DNA of 47,883 nucleotides from Dimargaris cristalligena (lineage: Eukaryota). The first letter of the stretch is position 1. Every line of letters begins with the position of its first letter. Below the pieces are notes generated by a model. That model had not been told where the DNA came from. It did no database searches and was given only the letters and a program-made list of their open reading frames with translations. The position numbers were made by a program, and so were the translations under genes. Location: positions 1 to 47,883 of the forward strand of contig ML002284.1 of the NCBI GenBank assembly GCA_003614675.1, written 5' to 3'. This document shows positions 38,954 to 47,883 of this stretch, piece by piece.

Positions 38954-40618
38954 ATGGATTCGCTTCCCGTCAACCAACCACTATGCCAAGACTGTGCCGA
39001 AACTATTCTAGAGCGGCTCAATACTGAATTGGAAACCGCAAAGCGCCAAAACGAGTTCTACCAGCAATGCTCCCAGAATATCCGACTCAAGACTCTCTCC
39101 GTGGAGGAGCAAAAGAGCATTAATGCCGAAATTAAGCAGGTACCTTTTAGCTACGCCTCTAACCGCATTGAATACCCCCGGAACCGGGTTCCAGATATGT
39201 GTGTGTGTGGGGGGGGGGTACATGCGGTGGCTAATTCATGGAATCCGGGGTGATAGCACCCTAATTGTTCCGAATTCACCCAACCCCGATTGGATCCCAG
39301 ATTGGTTGGAAACGTGAGATTAATCTCTGACTATTCACTACTATAACTCCTGGTATCTCATGTCCCATAGAAATCCAAAGGGGAAAAGGTATTGCGGGAT
39401 ACAATTGACGACCTACAAAAGCAGTATGAGGCAGTCATGGATGAAATGCGCCAACTCGAAACCGAAGAAGCCGATCTAGGCAAGGAGGAGGACAGGTAGG
39501 TTAGATCCCGCTCTGCAATACTGATGGGAGGAAAACCCGAGTTAGTAGGAGTTGCCAGGGCCAGTTTCAACTAGAAGCTATTCTTTCGAAGGAATGGTGG
39601 CGTAGTAATAGGATTGCACTAATAGCCATGTCTACACTGTGTATTATGTAATCGAGGTATCCCGCTGTCCCTTGGTGAAATCCATTTCGTACCGCTCAGG
39701 TGCTCATTCTTACCCTATTTATTTCATACTCCGCCATTTATATCCTAACCCCCATGACCACCGCCACCCTCTACTGGTCGGTGCACCTCCAGTTTCTGGC
39801 GGCAGGTCAACCAATTCCAAGTCCATTTAGACGATTTCCGCGACGACCGTGAAACGGTCAATTTACAGTATGACCACCTGTCCAACCAGCTGATGAGTCT
39901 GCAGCGGACCAATGTTTACAACGACACCTTTAACATTGTATACGACCGCCCATTGGCCACCATCAATGGGTTGCGTTTGGGAAGACTGTCGTCACATATG
40001 GTAAGTACCCTTTAGTTTTCGATACTTTCATAGGAGCCGTGCCTGGGCGGACTCCGTGGCCGCTATTAGTCCATTTGGTTTAACGACTGTCACTAATCGG
40101 ACGTCTTTATATTACCGATGTTTTTATTTTACTGATGGTATTTACCGTTTGTCGATTAGGTCGAGTGGGCTGAAATCAACGCCGCTTGGGGCCAAACCTT
40201 ATTCCTACTGCACACCGTTGCCCGGAAGCTCAACTTTACCTTCCAGTTTTTCCGGCTTGTACCATTAGGCTCATTCTCGCGCATCGAGAAAACGGAGGGG
40301 GACCATGCCAGTTTCGAACTTTTTGGTTCCGGCGATTTCCATCTCGGGCAACTGCTGCACAACCGGCGGTTCGACCAAGCCATGGTGGCTTTCCTCAACT
40401 GCTTGGCCCAGCTCGAAGATTTTGCACGGCAGCGCGATAGTCAACTCCACCTACCCTACCTCATCCACAAAGACCGGGTCGGTGGCGTCTCTATCAAACT
40501 TCAATTCGGGCAGGAAGAGACGTGGACCAAGGCCCTCAAATGCACCCTAATCAACTGTAAATGGATTTTGGCCTTTGCCGCTTCGTATTCACCGCCGAAT
40601 TCGAATGGTTCAACCTAG
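38954..40618 (+). CDS. ATG6: Autophagy protein Atg6/Vps30/Beclin-1; exons 38954-39139, 39371-39495, 39793-40000, 40160-40618; about 325 aa
   Basis: QPLCQDCAETIL, coiled coil, LQRTNVYNDTFNI..TINGLRLGRL|VEWAEINAAWGQTLFLL, RFDQAMVAFLNCL, EETWTKALKCTLINCKWIL. Confidence 0.96.
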
Positions 40619-41038
40619 TAAATATTTCAAGGCGCGGGTCCAGTCGAACCTTGTCCATGAACCCTCCCGCTCCTCTATGTATTCGTAACCATTTATTAAA
40701 TCCATCAGTGTGTATGTCTTATTGTACTGTTTATCCTCTCCAACTTTAACATTCGCTTTTTTCCCAATGGCATCCTTTGTTATGAATTTGCACATTATAA
40801 ACTATATAATGGTAGTATTTCGTTGCATTACAAAATAATCGCTATGGATACGTAATTTTATATACAAATTTATTGAGAGGCAAAAAAATAGTATCAGTAC
40901 GATTACTCAATGGAATGGGTGAATGGTAAGGCGGTGAAAAGTCTTGGTTATCTATTCAAGTCAAAAATTTCGGTTAGTGTTTCCCCCAATGAAACACCAG
41001 AGAGTGACTCGATTGCAGGCGGTACAAAACCAGGGAGT

Positions 41039-41451
41039 TTAGAATTGGTGGTCCCCGGCGGTGGGGCGCCAGCGCACCGGGTCGGTGACCGAGTAGTAGA
41101 GAACCGAATTACGTGGGAACTGGTACATTCCCGTTGCTGGGTCGAAACAAGGGCCCCGCTTCCGGCGTGCGTTAAGTAACATGTTGTTCCAGTTCGACAC
41201 ATTGTTCATGGCCTCGCTGGCGGCTTCTTGTTCTATACGGAGGGGAAAGAAAGTTCGCGGGTGAACGATGGCATTGTGTGGTGCAAATACATGTATATAT
41301 ATATATATATATTAAATGGCGTTAAGTTCGCGTACCTCGGTGATTCTTGGACTTCATGTAATATTGGTGCCTGTGCGTTTGGGGGATACACGGGCAGGTC
41401 AAGCCTAAAGTGTCACACTTACCAACAGCGGTTTTTCGAGGGAGTTGACAT
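41039..41451 (-). CDS. Small spliced protein, 85 aa; exons 41451-41423, 41370-41336, 41232-41039 (not in ORF track)
   Basis: Two GT-AG introns join in frame to MSTPSKNRCWHQYYMKSKNHREQEAASEAMNNVSNWNNMLLNARRKRGPCFDPATGMYQFPRNSVLYYSVTDPVRWRPTAGDHQF*. Confidence 0.7.
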
Positions 41452-41714
41452 TCTACCAATTCGGAGGGGTCGGAATGGGGCGGTTGGGTGGACATGAGCA
41501 CATGTACGGTACAGAGTAAATGGTTTTAAGGCTGGAAACCAAAAATAAACAATGTTAAGATAATAGAGTAGCAAAAACCCAAGTCAATTGGAGAAAAGTA
41601 TGGACACAAGGTAGCCCATTCAACAGCTTAGAAACCCTAGCGGGGGGTTTTTTGTGGGAACTGTATATCCCATTTAAAATACCATCCCCCCGCCCAAATT
41701 TTATTATTGGCATA

Positions 41715-41849
41715 TAGGGGAGGTTCAACCAAGCTGTATCACAGAAAATCCGGCGGGTGGTGTAAATACTCTTCGCTAAAAATGAATATCCCGCGAAGTT
41801 TACCCTACTTATAGCATTTATAACATACATCCAGTCCAAATCTCGCCCG
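41715..41849. mobile_element. Highly degenerate copy of the MITE-like element
   Basis: TAGGGGAGGTTCAACCAAGCTGTATCACAGAAAATCC..TAAATACT..AAAAATGAAT..TAGCATTTA aligns to the other copies. Preceded by CATA, followed by TA. Confidence 0.6.
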
Positions 41850-41940
41850 TATTTTTATATATTTATAGTATATAAATAAAATATGGTTCACTTCCATTTA
41901 ATAACATCAGCACACTAAGCACCTGCTACTGCATTGGTCG

Positions 41941-43640
41941 TAAAAACAATACCACTATTCACCTTCCTGTATCAGTAACCAGTCAAAGTGAAGTGGAGAA
42001 ATCCAAAAAAAAAAAACATAACTAATGGAGCTTGTAGACCAAGATGAAGGGTAGTGCTCCATTTAATAACTGCGGCTTACTTTTGAAACCATTGTTTAAG
42101 AGTTTTACAAGTCAGAAATGGCTGAATAAACCCACTCATCTGTATTGTACAGTGGCAATAATTAGATTAGGGTACCAATAAATCAGGCAATGCAAGAGAA
42201 AATACCATAGCCCATTTAACATAAAAAAATCAATATTAGTGCTTGAAAACATGAATAAAAAAGGCAGGTCATTGATGTTGGAAATATGAGTTTAATGGTA
42301 AATGTAAGTGCCTTCAGATACAACTAAAATGATTTAAAGAAGAGAGTAAGAACCACAAGGGGCAAAGCTAAATACCCACAGTTGTTTTTATTGAGTTAGA
42401 AATCACAGTAATAATGATTAGGACAAAGTCCTAAGTATGGTATAATATGGTAATGGCTAGAATATAGTCCTGAGTTTAGGATAGGCCAATTAGAGAGAAG
42501 CAGTGGGACAGGGGAAATGAATTTTCAACAATTGAAATAGCTAAGTAAACAAGTGCCAAAGTATTACAGAAGCCTACAGTAGTAGTACTTTGGTAACTAA
42601 TACTGATATATTACTATATTGATGGCCCAAAAATGAAATGTTAGTATTATACAGCCATGCAACCATGGGAACAATAGACTGATAAGAGTAGCTGTATAAT
42701 CAAGAATGTAGTAGATAAGAAAATCTGGGACTACTGATAGTTTCTTGAACCAACACAATAGTCTTTGTCTAAAAACACGGAGTTCTCCCTGGTACAATAC
42801 TATGGAAGGGGTATGTGAAGCCTTCTGGTTATAGATTCAATGTGGCTGATTCTTGGCAAGGATTTCAAGTGGTATTCATCACTGCCATCAGTATAAATGA
42901 AATTATCAAGACAATGTGGTTTACTAATTCATGGACAAGGGATGTAAAACATGGATAATGTCCCATAAAGGACAGGCCACAGTCTCCAAAAGATTTGTGG
43001 ACTTACCAGGAATTAGACTCCTTTTTGAAAACTTCACAATTTCAATCATGATAGTTAACAAAGGGCATGGTAAAGATACAAGCCTCTTTTGGGCCTATTC
43101 AGTTTATCCATTACGAATTCACCTATTGTTCTCCTGCCCTTTTTTTGCTAAGCAAAGCTGCCCTAGCCCATTTAGACTGCACAGTTGCCATTTCCAACAT
43201 TGCACCACTAATGATTTTTTTCAAAATAAAAGCATGTATAAAAGATATTGGTTTTCCCTAAATTTATCAATCAGTTGTTTTATACCCTAACACTTTAATA
43301 CAATGTCAGTGTTAAAGACAGTCTTCCTATTGATTATTCCTTGTGGCCCCATAGGCAACCAGGGGCTGTGCTCTGCAGTATTACAGACATCTAACACATC
43401 TACTCCCACCCACCAAAAAAAGGGGCATAAGTCCCCCAAGAGACCTTGGAGGGATTTTTCTTTCTTCACCAGAATAGCCCCTTGTCTCCCCCAAGAGGGC
43501 GGCACCCCCCCTCCCCCATCCAACCCAGAGTGAAATAACAGGAATCACTTGTGATGGTGGAGGGTTTCTATTCTTTGGAATATATGTAGTATGTTATTAA
43601 TATTATATGTATTTTGATTAATAGCTTTTTCTAATGAGGA
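41941..43640. other. AT-rich, CpG-depleted tract, probably a decayed repeat/transposon or pseudogene
   Basis: Only about 4 CG dinucleotides counted by eye in 1.7 kb; no intact recognisable ORF. Confidence 0.5.
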
Positions 43641-44799
43641 ACTTCCGCCCTTTTATATAGATGCAGTTTCATCTAGTGTAAGGTTCCTTATTTGTCCAGT
43701 TTAAACCAATGAATTTTATGTGGTATTGGAAAGCAAAGATTAGTTGTCAAGTTTACACCAGTTGTCCAAGCAACAGACAAAGTCTTGGTGGCCGGGTTTG
43801 TCAATTAATTCATGGTGGCGGAAATTAGCTTGGTTATATTCACTAGTAATTTTGTCTCTTGAATAGATGTCGGCACCTGGTTCTGGTCAAATTTAAAATG
43901 AGTTTAGGGCCACCATTGGTCTCATTTTTCCTTATCCGCTTCAATAATATCTCTACGAACCAATGTTGATTGAAATCACAATCCACAGGCGATTGTAAAC
44001 AACTTAAATTATTTTCAACTAGCTCAAAACAATGGGCTTTTCTCTTTTACTAATAAAATTCAGTTCATTGCATCTACATTTCGACTCTTATATTGACTGG
44101 ATATCGAGCACACACCTAATTTACTGGATATCAGTATACATATATTCGCACTTTTATCGCATTTTTTTATTTTGAGATCGAATATGGCGACACGGAACAG
44201 AACCTGCTGTAAGGAATTCTAATCAGTTCGGTTGGGTAGGCCTAAGAAAATAAGGTGCTACTATTGATATTTTCAGACGGGACACAAGTGGTCCAAAAAG
44301 CAAATTAATTACATGCTTTTATGAGGTAAAGTCCCAGTATATTTGTTATACCGACTATATCCATGATATGGCCATGGGGTTGGGTCGTGTTCAACTTAAA
44401 CCCATTGAATAGCTACTCCCAGGCAAGAAACTGCCGCCACTGGGGTCATTTAGTATGACAAAGCCACCACGATATAATCCAATATCAATCAATCAATTAT
44501 TTAGTCCAGTAGCATAGCACCCGAATTAGCATTACTCTCGGCAATAATCTACTTGCTCCGGTCGAATCAAAGCCCGGGTTTATTAGTAGGGCCTCAGGTG
44601 GTAATGGTTAGTGATTTAGGGACAACTATCAAAGTACTGGGCAGTTGGGAATGGTGTAAAGTCCCTTACTTCCGGTTATCCCATCTGATATTCAATATCT
44701 CTGATCAATTACCTATCTTGGACCACTCATTAGGTGTCTCGAAATTTAGATCACTACCCTGCATGGACAGTCTTTCCATTACCCGGGACTATATACAAA

Positions 44800-44937
44800 T
44801 GGGTGAGATTCAACTAGGTTGTATAATGAAGAATCCGTCGGGTTAGGCAAATGCCACTGGTTGAAAATAAATCTCTCACCTGTTTTCCCATACACATAGC
44901 ATTTAAAATTTTATACAACTAGGTCGCATTTAACCCA
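44800..44937. mobile_element. MITE-like element copy (first of a tandem pair), 138 bp
   Basis: TGGGTGAGATTCAACTAGGTTGTATAA...TTATACAACTAGGTCGCATTTAACCCA; left junction CA-AA-TG. Confidence 0.8.
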
Positions 44938-44939
44938 TA

Positions 44940-45079
44940 TATAAAGGGTTCAGCCAGGCTGTAAAACGAGAAATATCCATTAGATGGGGCAAATGTTACC
45001 GGTCAAAAATGAATCACCTACTCATTTTCCTATACACATAACATGTAAAACGTTATACAGTTGACCCGCATTTCACTCA
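44940..45079. mobile_element. MITE-like element copy (second of the tandem pair, separated by TA)
   Basis: GGTTCAGCCAGGCTGTAAAACGAGAAATATCCATTAGATGGGGCAAAT...TTATACAGTTGACCCGCATTTCACTCA. Confidence 0.75.
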
Positions 45080-45336
45080 TATTCTATCCAATAGGTAGTA
45101 TACTATCGCGTTATTAATGTATTCATCCGACAGTTTGGACATTACGATGTTCATTATTTCTATAAGCCTACGATTAAACTCGATTTTGATCATAGTGGTC
45201 CTGTTCTATCTAACCCCGTTCCACGCTTTCTTAACTGCTATTATAAAGGTATATTACTTTGGTATTTTTTTTAAACGGCGAAATATTCCCTAGTCCCACG
45301 GCCCTTAATGGTTGTCTTCCCCCCAGATTATTCACT

Positions 45337-45474
45337 TGGGAGTAGTTCAACAAGGCTGTATAACGAAAAATCCATTTGATAAGGCAAATACTACTGGTTG
45401 AAAATAAACATCCCACCGATTTTCCCATACACATATTGGTTAAAACCTTATACAACCAAGCTGAACTTCACTCA
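45337..45474. mobile_element. 138-bp MITE-like element, near-identical to 9499-9636
   Basis: One substitution relative to the 9499 copy. Flanked as CA-CT-[element]-CT-TG. Confidence 0.85.
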
Positions 45475-46548
45475 CTTGGATAATGGGCCACTTTGGCCGT
45501 GGGGTTTGACGCCCTTGCAAACACCTGCATCACAGGTTCCTACAGTATACTCCAGCGATATGGCCGGGCCAAGTTATCTCCGATTTCTATTGTGATTAGG
45601 GATGCCACGTATTAATTCCCACCAGTTGGATGTATGGAAATTACCAAGGAAATGAAGTGCCTCCAAGGGACAAATAGCCCTAGTATTCGTACTCCTATGC
45701 GGTAGCCTTGAACCAATCTGCTCAGCTAGTTATATTATGCTTGGCGGGGCCCCTAGCCACACTGCCTCTGCTACTGGAATGGTCACTACAATTGGTCGTC
45801 TAAAGATAGGGGGTAGAACAAATAGCCGAGATTTTGCCAAGACTTTGAAACTTAAGACTGAGGCAAGCGGACCCCACCCCCTAATACATCTTTTCCGTAA
45901 TTTTCATTGGGGCCGTAGGTTGGTTTAAAATTATCTCCGATTGTTCACAATACGATAGTCATGGAAAATACCCTATTAATTTGGGCTAGCCATTACATCT
46001 TCCATGACAATCACGGTGGTTGGTTTGCCCGATAGGTCAGGGACGCCAAGAGTGCAAATCTGAATCTCCCGCACCGGCCCCGCTTGGTAATATTTTACCC
46101 CCAAAATGCATTTTTTTGGAAATAGTAATATGATCCCTACACAAGTATGCCCAGAGGGCCAAGGTGGCCAATTATATTTGGAATGCCCTATGATTTTCGA
46201 CGCCTCTTTGAAGCGCGGTATATTATAGACCCAGCCACTAATGAATAGAGATGGGTACTTGGGAATAATCCATGGTTTACTCACCTCTTTTTCGGTTATG
46301 GAATAGTTCCTTCCCTGTTCCATTTATTTAGGCACGGGTGTAATGATAGGTGGGAAGGAACCGCTCGAGCAGTAGAACTCTCCGTTAACTATGTCTGGCT
46401 AAAAGAAATCAACCATAGTCCACATAGGTATCGGCATTATGAATATCAGGTCCACCAGAGTTCGGAAAAAGATGGATGCGCCAGTCTACCATGAAGTTAT
46501 CAATGCCCATCATTAAATCCCCCCCCCCCCCCCCCCCATCAGCTCCAC

Positions 46549-46556
46549 TATAAATA
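46549..46556 (+). promoter_or_regulatory. TATA box of the small secreted protein gene
   Basis: TATAAATA about 165 bp upstream of the ATG at 46716, preceded by a poly-C run and followed by a pyrimidine-rich leader. Confidence 0.6.
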
Positions 46557-46715
46557 CCGGTCGTTTTGGCGCCCTAATTAAACCACCATTCTCAGCTTCT
46601 TCACTTCCAACATTAAACTCTACCCTTTACCACTACCGTAGCCCAACCAACCAATTTGCCAACCGCAATCCCGATTCCGCCCCAACCCCTTCCCACCCCC
46701 TTGTACAAGTTCAAA

Positions 46716-46964
46716 ATGCGTTTCACCTCCTCCGCCGTCACCGTCTGCCTTTTGGGTCTCGTGGCTTTGTCCTTTGCCAATGCCAGTAACCCCGGATCTG
46801 GACCCGATGCCCATACCCCCGGCCATGGCTCTGATATCGGTAACCGCCCCTCCGGTAAAAGCAACACTTCTCCCCACTCTCCTGGCCAAGGCAAGAATAA
46901 GCCTGCTTCAGACCGCAAGGCCGATCCCTCCTCCAAAGACCCTAATGGCCCCAATCGTCATTAA
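46716..46964 (+). CDS. Small secreted Gly/Pro/Ser/Asn-rich protein, 82 aa
   Basis: TCAAAATG start; signal peptide MRFTSSAVTVCLLGLVALSFANA; hydrophilic low-complexity mature part; C-ending codon bias. Confidence 0.85.
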   Translation: MRFTSSAVTVCLLGLVALSFANASNPGSGPDAHTPGHGSDIGNRPSGKSNTSPHSPGQGKNKPASDRKADPSSKDPNGPNRH

Positions 46965-47883
46965 TTTTACCCAGGGTTCTTGTATTCTGACCATCTTTCC
47001 TCCTAGTGGTGCGTCTTACGTTGCCCCAATAGGTTTTAAGCCGTAAATTGTCTGTTTGATGCTAGATACGCTCGCCACAAACCTCCCTATTTTCAAATGG
47101 GAGAGGTATAGTATGCTTGATTTATTTCGTTGACCCATTTATATCGTAATTGAAAACAATTTCACAATGCGATAGTGCTTATCACAATTCAATACTCTTT
47201 AAATGGTTGGAAACCATATCATCGCTGAAATTACCCTGGTAAGCCTAAAGATTCCCTTGACCATTCACAAGTGTTGTATATTGGAAAATAAAATTATCTA
47301 CAGCTATATTGTTTCAAGGGATCAGATTTAATGTACAATGTCCACGTAAATGCAGTCACATACCCATAATTAGCGCCCTATTACACCGATGGGGTGCTGC
47401 TTAATTTTATCTCATGAGTGACAATTTTTTCAAAAATTCTGATACAGTGTACCTATTCGGTCCTAAACCATGCGTATTCTACTATGTCTCGGAGCTACCT
47501 AATTGTAATACCCTAACGGCAAATGAAGTGGGCTACCAAGCAGAAGTCAGAAGCTCTTGTGTAAGACATGGGGAGGCAAAAGGTCAATTCCCTATGCCTA
47601 TACATTCTCTCTCTATACTCAAAGATTGTATTCGACCTTGTTGGAGGTTTATGGACTAGGTTTGTTGAAACATATGTCCCGACGGGTCTAGTATTAGCTC
47701 TTGTTTCTGATCAAGTATGTTGGCTTATGTTTTTATTAACCATCCTCTAGTTTTAACCACCTAAAATGTTCCCTGTTGTTGTGGCCGGGCCTGCTTAATC
47801 TCTAATAGCATATGCCGCGCAAACTATTTTTAGTTTAGAAAAGATGAAGAACATCACCGAAGGTCAGTCTTCATCTTTTCCCA

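Noticed and set aside
44800-45474. Repeated units as a CRISPR-like array
   Set aside because: Eukaryotic context, 138-bp units with inverted ends, no repeat-spacer periodicity and no cas genes.
1-47883. tRNA, rRNA, spliceosomal snRNA or autonomous transposase genes
   Set aside because: No recognisable signatures found by eye; a covariance-model search could still find divergent ones.

Overview
Eukaryotic, intron-containing (GT-AG) genomic DNA from a fungus. Gene content, the animal-like ADP/ATP carrier and intron style suggest an early-diverging, non-Dikarya lineage (inference). The centre (about 12.7-41.5 kb) is a dense block of housekeeping genes, most of which the ORF track fragments or misses because of splicing: CoA-type Nudix hydrolase, ADP/ATP carrier, SPT2, ChaC/GCG1, TAF11, RPP2, POP7/Rpp20, SKP1, RPB12, KTI12, a ZIP zinc transporter, SOM1, ATG6/Beclin and an 85-aa spliced orphan. 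Both flanks are gene-sparse. They carry intronless small secreted-protein genes and six copies of a roughly 138-bp inverted-repeat element (MITE-like) with an unusual CA-NN-TG junction. The right flank also has a strongly CpG-depleted 1.7-kb tract. The most notable items are: (1) a same-strand trio of secreted pro-peptide precursors at 6.0-12.2 kb, including a 58-aa prepropeptide below the ORF cutoff that could release the 24-mer QLTGGSYDGIYNGWFSTTQPGHYW; (2) the MITE family; (3) a candidate structured ncRNA of about 285 nt at 36.6-36.9 kb; (4) a metazoan-type ANT; (5) an N-terminally truncated Atg6. All calls are by eye; no database search was run.
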